A stretch of 64,000 nt of DNA from an uncultured Nitrososphaeraceae archaeon (GTDB taxonomy: Archaea > Thermoproteota > Nitrososphaeria > Nitrososphaerales > Nitrososphaeraceae), in contig CAVXZB010000084.1 in NCBI GenBank assembly GCA_963765895.1, positions 416,001-480,000 on the forward strand. Direction: 5' to 3'. Positions 1 through 11,558 of this stretch are shown here, piece by piece. The notes beneath the pieces were generated by a model. It did not search any database. It was not told the DNA's origin and saw only the letters and a program-made list of their open reading frames with translations. Position 1 is the first letter of the stretch, and the number at the start of each line of letters is the position of its first letter. A program made the translations under genes and the position numbers.

Positions 1-249
1 CTCCAATACTATGTTTCTGTATGGTCTAGAGGACTGATATATACATTATTTGTTATTAATGACAAGTATGGAGAAGATTACTTTATAAGAAGCCCGAGAA
101 ATGGCTACTTCAAAATTAAATATGTTAATAATGTAATTTGAAAATCCCTGGAATTCGAGGCAAAACTGAAGATAGGTTAATAATTACAAATTACATAATA
201 CTTTATCAACTATGCTTTTATCACTGATTAAGTATACATCTTTTCCTTG

Positions 250-3100
250 CTATTCATTTACAAGTACTTCCTTGCGTATTAATTCCAAAGCATTTTCACT
301 ATGTTTCTTTTGTTTATCTTCTCTTGCTGCAATACGCTCTTTTTCTCTTAAATCGACTACTATTGGCGATGGTGTTTCCGACCATTCCTTGATCCATTCT
401 TTAATTGTGATGAAGCTGTTTTCGGCCGCTCTTCTTGTGAATCCATCTATGTCGTGTCCTGCAACCTGTGTTAGTTCATCGATGATTTCCATTAGTATAG
501 CATCTGGCTTTGAGGGCTTGGCATCAGGATCGGCAAACGCAGTACATGCACTGGTTCTGATAAGTGACCGTTCGTCTCTCAATAGATCCTTTAGCCTCCC
601 AAATACATCAAAATTGACTTTTTTCTCTTTATCCAGCAGGAATTTACCTAATGCAGGAGTTGCAGCACGACGCACCAAGTCATGGTTTCCGTATCTACTT
701 TTATTAATCAGAAAAGTTGCAACTTGGGAAACAAGTTGCTTGTCATCATCTTTGAAGAACTCCTTTAATCCATCAATTGCCCACCTGGCTGGAATATTTC
801 TAAATGTGTCAGTTCTTTCTGCAACATTTTTCAGTATTGAGATCATTTCCTCCTTTCTACTTTTATCCAAGATATGCTTGCTACTTTTTCCTAATGCGGT
901 AGCTCGCCTCTCCTTCAACAAAATAGCTAGGATCACTATGCTGCTGAATCAAGGGTACAAGTAGATTGATAGAATCTTCTTTTTCGAAGACACCAATGTT
1001 TCGTACGACTGCTCTTCTGGATTTAGGATTTTTTATCCCGGAAGAAAAACAATCCACTAGAGCTGAATATGCCTTATCAGTTTTTAGATGGTCGTTTGCA
1101 TTATTATATGATCCGAGTGTATTAGCTGCTTCAACTGACACTGCCCAAAACGTATCCTTATTCAAAATTAGATTTTTTAATACTTTAACTATATTATCTG
1201 AAAACTTGTCTTTAAGGGCACGGATTGCGTCTATCTTGGAGAATATTGTGTCACCACGCTCCAATTGTGTTATGAGAAGGTCTTCTGGAGCCTTCGTAGA
1301 CTTGATTTCTTTTAAAACTTTGAAATATGGATCAATTGAAAAAGTCTTGATTTTCATCTTGCGACCTTGACTGTCAACTGGAATTTCAAAGTTTTTTTCT
1401 GTCACTGTTCCCAATATTTGGATATGTTCATCTAATCTTTTTTCTTGACTAGAACGAGTATTATTATTACTATTACTATTACTACCACTATCACCAACAC
1501 CATCAGGAGGTAAGAAAAAACAAAAACTATCTCAAGATCAATATTAAACATAGTCCCTTCCTGCACCTGTGTTACTTTTAATCTCAAGTTCTGGGCGTCT
1601 TGGAAAAATTCCACGTCTAGCTCTGGATGGCCTGCTCCAAATACCCACTGATCAAAGAAATGTTCCAAACTCTTACCCGAGACATCTTCAAGAATTTTTC
1701 GTAGATCGTCTGTTTCAGCAGTTTTAGTTCCGTAAGTATCTACGTATTTCTTTAAACTCTTCCTAAAGAAGTTATCCCCAAGATAATTTCTGAGCATATG
1801 TAAAATGCATCCTCCTTTCTTGTATGAATGTGAATCAAAGAGATCGTCCGGGTGTTTGTACACTTTAGTTACAATGGATCTCTTGTATAGACTTCTTGCT
1901 TCATCTAAATAGGCATCAGCCATCTGCACCATATAGTTTTGAAACTCATCTTTGCCTCTACTGACTTCGCAGTATAAGGCTTCAAAATATGTCGCAAACC
2001 CCTCATTTAGCCAGATGTGTGGCCAATCTTTACAGGTAACTAGATCTCCAAACCATTGATGAGCTAGCTCATGCGAAATAACATCATCGCTGGAATAGTC
2101 AAGTGAAGCTTTCTTATCGTACAGTATATTTCGTGTTAGAGTAGTACAACTGGTATTTTCCATTCCACCCAATTCAAAACCTTCAACTGCAACCTGTGAG
2201 TACCTTGTTGTACGGATAGTTTGTATTGAAATATTCCTCAAAACACTTGATCATCCTTGGAGTATTTTGAAAGTTCCGTATGCCATACTCCTTATCAAAA
2301 TCCACTGGCCAAAAATATGATAACTTAATCTTCCTTTCGCTCCTGCTACTCATATATTCTTCATCTCTTTGGCCAAAATTACCTATCACAACTGACGTAA
2401 GGTACGCGGGGTTGGGAATTGATTCTTCCCAAACATGTCTTGTTAGTTTTTTGTTAACAGTATTGTCCTCTCCTTTTTTCACTTGGTTTATTGCCATTTC
2501 TGTTCCATTGGATATAACTACAAAGTTTTCTGGAACAGTAACCTCAACTTTCTTAGCATATTTAACCTGGGGTTGATCGATACATGGGAACCAATACTTT
2601 GACTCTACTGATTCCCCTTGTGTCCAGGCCTGTATGTTCTTTTTACGATGAAATTCATCATATTCAATAAAATGAAAGCCACTTCTTGGTTTTGTTATAA
2701 CGAGATTATTATTGATGTATCGGTAACCAGCAGAATATTTGATCGTGAGGTTTAAGCTATCACCTTCTGTCAATTTCCTAGCAAACTTGACAATTAATTT
2801 ATCATTATTCGTGCTGAAATCCAATTCTTTGATATTGTTAGCATTTTCGCCATTGTCGATTGAAGGATCAGAATAAACCACTTTATCAATTTTCATCTCT
2901 GCTATATCGAGTTCCAGTTCATCAATCTCGCGTCTTGCGGTAATTTGCAAGACCTCTTCACAATCAGTAAGAGTCTTTGATTCAAAATCAGGCTTTATTC
3001 TAATCACCATATATTTGATATCAAATGGCAATATCGACAAATAATGAGTAGTACTACCAGGAAAAGCGAATACTCTGGTTGATTTATGGTCTGTTTGCAT
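250..3100 (-). CDS. pepN: M1 family aminopeptidase (aminopeptidase N-like) with C-terminal HEAT repeats, split by three single-base frameshifts
   Basis: ORFs 2183..3100, 1432..2241, 881..1414 and 250..936 join into one protein. It has the GGMEN exopeptidase motif, the HELAH...WLNEGFATY zinc motif, SYKKGG and a HEAT-like C-terminus. Shifts lie near 2210, 1515 and 905. Confidence 0.92.
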
Positions 3101-3846
3101 GGATGATCTAAGCGAATGCTACTATTTGGCATTATAAATATGTCGTCATTAGCTGAACTGGAAATACAGCCGTTCTATATTAAGAAAAGTAAAGGTTCAT
3201 TATTATTATTATTATTTACTGACCTAATGAAACAGAGTTGTGATAGAGACACACTGTTTTCAAATTATTTAGATTTCAACTTGGTCTCAAAACATACATT
3301 GAAACTTTCCAATCTTGTAAAAGCAAGTAGAATATGGTTATATTTAAGGGGTTTGACAACATCCTAGAATTGATAGTTGAGCGTTCGTGATGAAAAGAAA
3401 AAGCAAATTCATTGGCTTAGTTATCCTGATTTTATGCCTTCAATATACATATCTCCATTGATAGTATTTCGAGGTAGGTATTTATCTGCACATGCCTACC
3501 GCTACTGAAGAGTGCATGCGGAGGTGTTAGTATATAATATGCTGCCAACAAGAATTGTTGTTATTGCTCCTATGACTAGCAGTGTCACGCCGTCGCTGAG
3601 TTTCTATTAATCTTCCTATAAGACTTGAGTTAGGAACTCTGACCATCATTTTTCTTGCTGATAATGGGAGGCGGAGCGCTAGTACAAGAATACATACCTG
3701 CCTGCCCTAGATCTTTTTTAGTTAAATTTCTAAAAGATACAAATCAATTACCAAGATACCTACTCATTCTTCAGGAAAATCAATCTGATTTATCAAAGGG
3801 CATTAACGTTCTTAATGGAGATAAATCATAAGGACGCATAGTATTT

Positions 3847-4087
3847 ATGGATCATCACGAAAGTATAAAAAAAGAAGTTATTCTGGCTGCAACACTTCTA
3901 ATACTCGGTTCAGCCGTATCATTAACTATAAGTGGTAACAACGTATTTGCCAAGAATACACAAGCTGGCATCACCAGAAAATCCTTGCGGAAACAAGCCA
4001 TTTGCGTTAAATATCAAGTGTGAGAATATAGCATCTCAGACTGATGGAAGCGATAATGCTGTAAATGCCTCGGGTTTACAACGATAA
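3847..4087 (+). CDS. small secreted protein with one C-G-N-x8-C module (one +1 frameshift; not in the ORF track)
   Basis: ATG at 3847 gives the signal peptide MDHHESIKKEVILAATLLILGSAVSLTISGNNVFA-KNTQA. Removing one G near 3967 continues ASPENPCGNKPFALNIKCENIASQTDGSDNAVNASGLQR* (TAA 4085-4087). A T-rich tract follows. Confidence 0.8.
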
Positions 4088-4543
4088 TCCGCCTTACAAT
4101 TCTTTCGCCAGTCCCTTTTTTCATTTTTCTATTTGTCTTGTAGTTATGTAAAGCTTCTATTCTGAATGAATATCACATATAATATGGTCCATATTATGGT
4201 TTTAGTTCGATTGACCACAAGAACGATTCAGGAGGGACGATCATTTATGTGTATAAGGCTTTGATCATCGAGTACTGGAAGTATCAAGCTACATTCTAAT
4301 GAGAGAAGACAAAGAAATATGATATTGATTGTAGTTTATAATTATTATTATTATAATTATTAAATTATAATTATTATAATTATAACTTCGCACTCATAAA
4401 CTGGTGATGTTGAATCAGTAATAACTAGATTGCATCCATTCTGCCCAAGAGAAATCTATAAAATTATGATGCTGTAGATAGTTATAGCATTACAATTTTT
4501 TGTCAAGAACTTTTTATGAAGCTAAATTACAAATAAAGAATGG

Positions 4544-5692
4544 TTGACAATATCTGCCTATATTATAGGAAAACATTCTCTTAAGGAGGTCAATATTTCG
4601 GAGCCTCTGTCAGTTAGGAAAGAGATGAGGGAACATCCAGAAGATTCATTATGGATCCACGCTGATGATCGTGGTGACATATTTCGTTTACAAGACGTTT
4701 TCGGTCTACATCCACTAGCAATAGAGGCTATAGTTCATACACATCAACCTTCTAAAGTAGAAGAATACGACTCGTATTTGTTTACAATAATGGACGGTGT
4801 AAGGTATGGAAAACAAGATGTGAGTGAAGTCAGAAAAGGAGAACAGAATGAGAATGTAAGCAACAGATCTAGCGATCATAAGTATTCCGATAGTGATCTT
4901 GAAGAAGATGATTTGTATATCTTTTTGGAACAGAGGTGGATAATTACCATTAATTTCAATAGTCAACAGCTTGAAAGCAATATTAAACAAAGAATAAGTA
5001 GAAGTTTGACACCGTCCTATCGGTCTAAATCAGATCCATTATCAGAACAACAGCAACAACGCCAAGAACAAGAACAATCATCAACTAGCCACAGAAATGT
5101 GGAAAGCAGATATAGCAGAGCAATATGTGAAATAGTGTACCGTTTTGCAATAGAAGAAGTTATTTCAAGTTACCATCCCATACTGAGTAACATTAATATT
5201 AAATTGGAACAAATTGAAGATCAAGTAATACTTCATCAGCCTACGCAGTCGCAACTTTTAGATACACTTTTAATTAGGAGAAAACTCGCTTTCTTGGAAA
5301 ATAACCTAGCAATGGTAACAGCTGCATTTACCGATCTTATCAATGGAGTTATACAGAATGACCTTAGCAGGGATTCCCTAAGACACATTCGCTCGCTAAA
5401 TGACAGAGTGACATATTTAAAAAATAGCGTGGAGAATATGTACCAGAGAGTTATCAACTTGCGTGAGGCTTATAATTCTTCTTTGAATGCAAACTTAAAT
5501 GAAACCATTAGAACGCTCACAGTGATCGCTACAATAATTCTCCCTCTTACCTTGATAACTGGGATATATGGTATGAATTTTGACGTAATGCCTGAGCTTC
5601 ATTCACCTTTCGGATATTATTACTCTTTATTATTAATGGGAACAGTAGCTGGAGGTATGGTCATTTATTTCAAGAAGAAAAGATGGGTTTAA
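4544..5692 (+). CDS. corA: CorA family Mg2+/Co2+ transporter
   Basis: FGLHPLAIE, PSKVEEY and the YGMNF signature, then MPEL and two C-terminal TM helices ending YFKKKRW. Contains polar Q/S-rich insertions. Confidence 0.95.
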   Translation: MTISAYIIGKHSLKEVNISEPLSVRKEMREHPEDSLWIHADDRGDIFRLQDVFGLHPLAIEAIVHTHQPSKVEEYDSYLFTIMDGVRYGKQDVSEVRKGEQNENVSNRSSDHKYSDSDLEEDDLYIFLEQRWIITINFNSQQLESNIKQRISRSLTPSYRSKSDPLSEQQQQRQEQEQSSTSHRNVESRYSRAICEIVYRFAIEEVISSYHPILSNINIKLEQIEDQVILHQPTQSQLLDTLLIRRKLAFLENNLAMVTAAFTDLINGVIQNDLSRDSLRHIRSLNDRVTYLKNSVENMYQRVINLREAYNSSLNANLNETIRTLTVIATIILPLTLITGIYGMNFDVMPELHSPFGYYYSLLLMGTVAGGMVIYFKKKRWV

Positions 5693-5869
5693 CGTTCTGT
5701 ATTGTGTACATCCTGAAACTACACAAGAATGAATTCGGCGAGTCTGAGCATTGATATGACGATTGAGAAAAATGTATATGCTAATTGATACTACCAATTC
5801 TATCTTAATTCGACTAACATCGTCTTTGGCTACTTGTGCGACTAAAAGAAAATCGTTGGATGGCCCTTA

Positions 5870-6127
5870 CTATAAGCCTATCACATTGACAGCGTTACCA
5901 TCGCCATGGATTTGACTGGCCAAGTTCTGACAGCTAATCTTCATCGCCAAATTTCCATTACCGCAAAAGTTTGCCTGAGCGATTGTTTGACTTTGTTTGT
6001 TGCCATTACCACCATGATATTTTTTCTTACACTTGGCTAATACATCTTGACTAACTGCCGTTGCAGTTATTAATATGCCTGCAATTGCTGCGACTGCAAT
6101 GATAGTTATTAATATTTGACTTTTCAT
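5870..6127 (-). CDS. small secreted protein with one C-G-N-x8-C module
   Basis: Signal peptide ending DVLA, then QSQTIAQANFCGNGNLAMKISCQNLASQIHGDGNAVNVIGL. The module is homologous to those at 3847 and 61429-62934. Confidence 0.85.
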   Translation of the reverse strand: MKSQILITIIAVAAIAGILITATAVSQDVLAKCKKKYHGGNGNKQSQTIAQANFCGNGNLAMKISCQNLASQIHGDGNAVNVIGL

Positions 6128-6670
6128 CTGTATTTATGATTGTAATGTATTGATATATTTCAGTTAAGGAGTTGAACTAGCTATATTTGATATATTACTT
6201 CCATATTTTCTTTTGTTATGAAAGATAGTTGTACAATCAGCGTGACAATTTTTTTAGTATCGATAAATTTAAAATATTCGCTATAAAAATTAATACTAAA
6301 AGAAATATACATAAACATTTTGCGTTTACTTCTAAGCTTATCGTTATCCTCTATAATAACCGTATCTTGACAAGATGAAGACAATAATCATATTCTCCAT
6401 ACGTGAAATTGAGCCGTTACAATTCTATATATTAGAAGAAGTGAAAAATATATTTATATAATTATATTATTTTCGCAGTTGCAAAGTCCCTATTGGCTGG
6501 CCATGAAGGATATATTGTAGCTAGATAAAATCTGGTTAATAAAATTTTCGACAAATTCTATTTGTCAATGGTTGATCAAGCGTAGAGGTAGATCTAAATC
6601 TCAACTGCCGACGCAATTATCAATTTGATGAAAACCAATCCATAATCCCATTTTTCAGAGACAAAATAGA

Positions 6671-7459
6671 TCATTTAATCTCAAATGATTTAAGCATCAT
6701 AATTACATCAGGTAAGTAAACTGGATACTTGTTGGCATTTGCACTATATACAAAGAAATATGCAGTTCCATTGTTTACTGTGATTATTTCCATAGTCTTT
6801 CTATGACCCACAACTTCAGCTCCGGCAGATGGAGAACTATCTACAATGTTAGTCGCATACACTATCTTGTATGCAATATTATGGCTGTGTCCAAGTCTCT
6901 CAGGATGCGATTCGTAAAGTTGAAAGCTTCCATCACTTTCCAATTCATTAATTTCTTCTCTTACGTAATCAGATAATGATGCTGCGGCAGTCTGATTACC
7001 ACCAATTATGTATTTAGCTATTCCAACAAAATTGCTTTTACTAGTAGTCGCTTCAAAATCAGGGATCAAAAAACTAATAATTGGAGTAGAATGAACTCCA
7101 GTGAATTGAGTAGAGAAACCTTTATTCTTTATCCAGCTAGACGAATAGGAAACATTAAAGGGTTTTTCATCTGCGACTAAGAAACCTTTCTCTTTTGCTG
7201 GTGCATCAGATTTTGATCCCGATGAGTTATAAATTGGAGGATGATAACCACCTACTGTTGCGTCAGGATTATCAGTAAAAAGATTTGAGGCAATAACTCC
7301 AAGGACCCTATTGGACTGGTTGCTAGATGACGATATGGCACTTTGTTGTTCCGCAAGGGCAGATCTGTGATTATTCTTAAACAAATATGATTGCAGTAAT
7401 GTAACCGAAAATAAAAGTAGTGCTAGAATGATACACGTATACATAATATGGTTATCCAT
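6671..7459 (-). CDS. exported PsbP/Mog1-like domain protein
   Basis: N-terminal hydrophobic segment and the pattern F-x-V-S-Y-x-x-S-W ... AYKIVY ... AYFFVYSA ... Y-L-P-x-V-x2-M-L-K-S-F-E-I, typical of thaumarchaeal PsbP-related proteins. Confidence 0.7.
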   Translation of the reverse strand: MDNHIMYTCIILALLLFSVTLLQSYLFKNNHRSALAEQQSAISSSSNQSNRVLGVIASNLFTDNPDATVGGYHPPIYNSSGSKSDAPAKEKGFLVADEKPFNVSYSSSWIKNKGFSTQFTGVHSTPIISFLIPDFEATTSKSNFVGIAKYIIGGNQTAAASLSDYVREEINELESDGSFQLYESHPERLGHSHNIAYKIVYATNIVDSSPSAGAEVVGHRKTMEIITVNNGTAYFFVYSANANKYPVYLPDVIMMLKSFEIK

Positions 7460-7872
7460 TTTCTACGAAAACATATTCTTACACTATGCAGCGTTATTTT
7501 TAGATATATCCTAAACTAGAGTTAGACTTCTTTACGCCTTACATCACTATATTTAGGTCCATCCCTGAACCGGGACAAACAAGTAGTGCTTCCGAATTTA
7601 TAGCCTAGCACTAAATTGTTGTCTATTGCCGATTGAAATCCATAACTTTTAAATTCTATAGATTAATTAATAATTTTAACGGGCCTTTGTGCGTAACCTG
7701 CTCTCATCTTTATCGACTCCTGTGTCACACTTCAGACTTCATAATCTGACTGGTTATATCCTATAGTCAGATAAAGGTACTCAGACTTCCATAAGAAGTG
7801 CGCATCTAATCTATAAGTGGCCTCCATAACAACCCTTGCCGGTTTTCTCCTCCTCTTGGGTTTGAAATTTGC

Positions 7873-8150
7873 ATGGTAGAAAATCTTGTTTTAGATGTTG
7901 GATATGGTGGTGCTGGAGCATCCGCTACCCATGCTAGCGAGATAGCTGGAAAAAGAAGCTAAAGTAATATAGCTAGACATAGCTGAATAACTTCTAGAGC
8001 AAGGTCGGAAAAGAGCTAGCAGAATAAATCTCAATATCGATGAAATTAGGTCAGGCGATAGAGTGAAAATTGAAGGCTATCTACCCATCAATAGGAAATT
8101 CGATGCCGTTGTCTACGTATTCTTAATTGCTATCTACTTTAACTGATATT
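7873..8150 (+). pseudogene. class I SAM-dependent methyltransferase remnant
   Basis: Manual translation gives ENLVLDVGYGGAG (motif I), then after a shift KVI*LDIAE*LLEQGRKRA...RSGD...KFDAVVYVF. Two in-frame stops and a frameshift. Confidence 0.7.
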
Positions 8151-8231
8151 GAACCACAAACGAGGCTGAAAGTTTATGGAGCTAACCTATAGAGGAGCTT
8201 TAAATCGGTGTAGTTTCTGGTATCTATATAA

Positions 8232-9335
8232 TTATAATCCCTTTACTTGTATATCGTGATTACCCGGGGGAATAGTGAAGTCTATGTGTACAGTCTGTGG
8301 ATTCATTACTTTTATTGATACATCCTTATTATTCATCTTCCCATCCATTATCACAGATATATCTTGAGCTCCAGACGTTTTAGCTATCTTCAGACTCATT
8401 GGTCCGCCAGTAGGGTTCCAGTGTTTTACTCCGAATACCAAGCTATCCGTCGCACTAACATACTTGAAATCGCTAACACTCACAATCCCGTGTAAATCAT
8501 ACGCAATAGTCTTACCATTACCCATATCTAAAGTGTTCATGCCACCAGGATGAAGATCAATTTCAGCACAACTATAGTAGAGAATTTTTGGACCTTCTGC
8601 AGGATCAGGGTTTGCTGTAAATGCCACCTCTTCACCAGGCTTTATGACAGATATCACGTTACTCTTAACAGAGTCTATCTGTCTAGTCTTATCGTCATGA
8701 GCAGACGCAAAGACACTTATATCATGAACATCGACTGGTCCGATGTTCTTTACGGTCCCAACAAGCGACCTATCTTTACCTACGGGTGTGTTGGTATAGT
8801 TCAGTCTTAATGATTTAAAATATGGTGTTGGTATCTCTTTTACACTGGAGATATATGCTTTATCTGGGATAGTCGTTCGGTTGTAATCATCAACTACAAA
8901 TTTGAATGGAGCGCCAGTTAGCGGATAAATGACTTTGCCGTAGGTTGGTTGTACCATCGTTGTCATAAGTCCACTATCCTTATCCTTGGTCTTAAGGCCC
9001 ATGTTGACTTGAACTGGTATATGACCCATATTGTCAATTACCCCTACAATAATGAGTCTACCACTAGAATCTACGAAAGACCCTTGTTTAGTTAACATAA
9101 GCGAGTTAATGTTACTACTGTCAGCAGATACACCGGGCGCAACTATTAATGATGTAAGAAATAAGGAGAGCACACAGAAAGTAATAGCAAAAACTATTAC
9201 TGCTGAAAGTGTAATGACTTGTTTGCCTCTGGTTATTTTGTTTCGTATATTGGTACAAGGATAAGCAGATAGTGAATATGCCTCTCTTTTCGAAGTCCTC
9301 AAGATAGATACGAAATCTATGCTCATATTTTCCAT
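8232..9335 (-). CDS. exported protein with FxLYD-type Ig-like domains
   Basis: TM/signal segment, then two repeats of the type G-x-[IV]-x-N-x-G (IVGVIDNMG, LVGTVKNIG) with VFASAHD and IKPGEEVAF. The true start may be downstream of 9335. Confidence 0.65.
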   Translation of the reverse strand: MENMSIDFVSILRTSKREAYSLSAYPCTNIRNKITRGKQVITLSAVIVFAITFCVLSLFLTSLIVAPGVSADSSNINSLMLTKQGSFVDSSGRLIIVGVIDNMGHIPVQVNMGLKTKDKDSGLMTTMVQPTYGKVIYPLTGAPFKFVVDDYNRTTIPDKAYISSVKEIPTPYFKSLRLNYTNTPVGKDRSLVGTVKNIGPVDVHDISVFASAHDDKTRQIDSVKSNVISVIKPGEEVAFTANPDPAEGPKILYYSCAEIDLHPGGMNTLDMGNGKTIAYDLHGIVSVSDFKYVSATDSLVFGVKHWNPTGGPMSLKIAKTSGAQDISVIMDGKMNNKDVSIKVMNPQTVHIDFTIPPGNHDIQVKGL

Positions 9336-10009
9336 ATCCTTATTCGTCGATATTAACCATCTTCACTACTATCTGTGATTAATCATATGATCTTATTAAT
9401 TATAAACTGTCTCCATCAAACATTATACATGGGTCTTTTGCTCATTGACGTAAAGTTCTCTTTCTTTTCTCTTTATCAATATCTGTTAAAATACTAATGC
9501 AATATTTCAAGTTCCATGATAATTTGTTCTATATATCTTTGATTTAATAAATCAGGCCTTACTTCTTTCTTCTTTTCATCTATTCTTTTTTTGTAAAATT
9601 TGCTTGATTTCCTTAGAGGTAAACAATACGGATTATTAGGTATGATTGGAAAGTAATAATTACGGATACATCATTTATAGAGGGAGGGTGAGATCTTGAT
9701 TAAACGAATGGAGATCTTTTCATCTTCTTCTTGATATCATAATCTTCAGGCAACACGTTCGGAATATAAAGAACGTACCTCAATACAGACGGCAGATAAA
9801 TCCATAATTTCCTACTATAGTAAGTGTCCGCTATTCACGATTTTGCTTAAACAAGACATGGTAGATGCCCACTAATGCGAACAATACGAAAGTTGTCAGA
9901 ATAATAGCTCCCACCCTTCCTTTCCTTTTTCACTTGTAAGCTTATGATCTATGTCTTATACACTATATCTTCAAATAACTTTTCTGTTCTTGATATAATA
10001 TAGAGTGAT

Positions 10010-11242
10010 TTGGCTACCGCGAACGAAATCAAAGCCAGATTAGAGAGAAATTGGATTAAATTCCTTAATGATAATTCTGCAAAATTCTCGTTAAAGACTC
10101 TTTCTGGTGCCACACCACCTTCAGTATTTGTTGGACGCTACGGTTACCCCAAGGTAAAAGCCGGACCAATGATGCCACCCATTCATGGAGACACAACAAT
10201 CCTCGATAAACCAGAGATGTGGCTTGGCAAAAGTTTAGAGGAGATTGTGAATTACAGGTTGTCTCTGGTGCGAGGAGTTTCAACAGTCAATGTTCATAAT
10301 ATAAGTGAAAAATACGTGGAATCTTTGCAGGAAGTTGCTATGACAAACAAATCAGTTGAAAGTGAAGCAACATTTGAAAAGGTACCGATTACAGACTTGG
10401 AGCAGGAAAAAGATTTGGGTTTAGATACTGACTCGGTCTCTTTTGGTCCTGTTGCACCCTTGAAGAGTTTTAAAACTTCATCCTCAATTTCAGTCGATCA
10501 AAGAATAGAAGATGTTTATTATGACAAAGATTTATCGGCAGCTCAAGGTATAGTAAATCTATATCAGGACGGCGTCGAAATTAGCAGTATCCATAGAGTC
10601 TTAAGTATTGGAATGTTAGGACTGCAAAAAAATCGTAGGTTGGTACCCACGAGATGGAGTATTTCTGCTACTGATGATGTCATATCAGCTGATTTAATAA
10701 AAAAAATTGAAACCTTTTCCACTATCGATCTCTTCAAGGTCTACAAGTATGCACATTTGGGCAACTATTACTCTATAATATTGATTCCAGATGAAATTTG
10801 GAGTTTTGAAATGCAGGAGGCATGGTATGATAATAATAGTGGAAATATGCAGGTCGGGGTAGACTTTGAAAATGCAAATGGTCTTGATCATTATCCGTCT
10901 ATAGCAGGAGCATATTTTGCTGCTAGACTGAGTGTAGCTGAATATCTTTTCAAAGCGAAACGTAAGGCTGCGGCATTAGTCCTAAGAGAAATTCACTCAG
11001 AGTATGTTATGCCTGTAGGGGTCTGGCAGGTTAGGGAAGGCATCAGACGGGCGTTTGAAGGGCAGGCAGAACAAATTGAGAATTTTGAAGAAGCCTTATC
11101 CTTTGCATGTATTAGTCTATCTTTATCTAAGAATGAATGGAAAAGAAAAAGTAAGATGTACAGGAGTAAGAGAGAACAGTTGAGAATTACAGACTTTTTT
11201 AGGAATAATAATGATATGTGGATGGCCAGAGATGCACCATAG
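10010..11242 (+). CDS. nreA: archaeal Nre family DNA repair protein with C-terminal PCNA-interacting (PIP) box
   Basis: SGATPPSVFVGRYGYPKV, RRLVPTRWSISATDD, GAYFAARL, PVGVWQVRE and a QLRITDFF PIP motif. Confidence 0.93.
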   Translation: MATANEIKARLERNWIKFLNDNSAKFSLKTLSGATPPSVFVGRYGYPKVKAGPMMPPIHGDTTILDKPEMWLGKSLEEIVNYRLSLVRGVSTVNVHNISEKYVESLQEVAMTNKSVESEATFEKVPITDLEQEKDLGLDTDSVSFGPVAPLKSFKTSSSISVDQRIEDVYYDKDLSAAQGIVNLYQDGVEISSIHRVLSIGMLGLQKNRRLVPTRWSISATDDVISADLIKKIETFSTIDLFKVYKYAHLGNYYSIILIPDEIWSFEMQEAWYDNNSGNMQVGVDFENANGLDHYPSIAGAYFAARLSVAEYLFKAKRKAAALVLREIHSEYVMPVGVWQVREGIRRAFEGQAEQIENFEEALSFACISLSLSKNEWKRKSKMYRSKREQLRITDFFRNNNDMWMARDAP

Positions 11243-11558
11243 CTATCACATTAAACGCCAATGCTTTCAGATTCGTAGATAGAAAAGTCAATAATTATCT
11301 GAAATAGAATAAGAAAGTGAGCGAAGCTTGAGTAGGCTTATCTGAATATGTTACCGGGGTATGTTACCAGTGTAAGGATATATTATATAGTACTTTTAAT
11401 TAGATCAGCGTTACCAAAACCATATCTAAGAACAAACTAAAATAATGAGCCGACTATATTAGGATCTCGCTCTTACTGCTAGATAACTAGAATAATCATC
11501 ATTATCCGTTATGTTCTAAAAATTACCTTTCTATCTATACATTATTTTCATGAATTTT

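Noticed and set aside
11349-11416. Three GTTACC copies between nreA and the kinase
   Set aside because: Too short and irregularly spaced to call a repeat array or operator.
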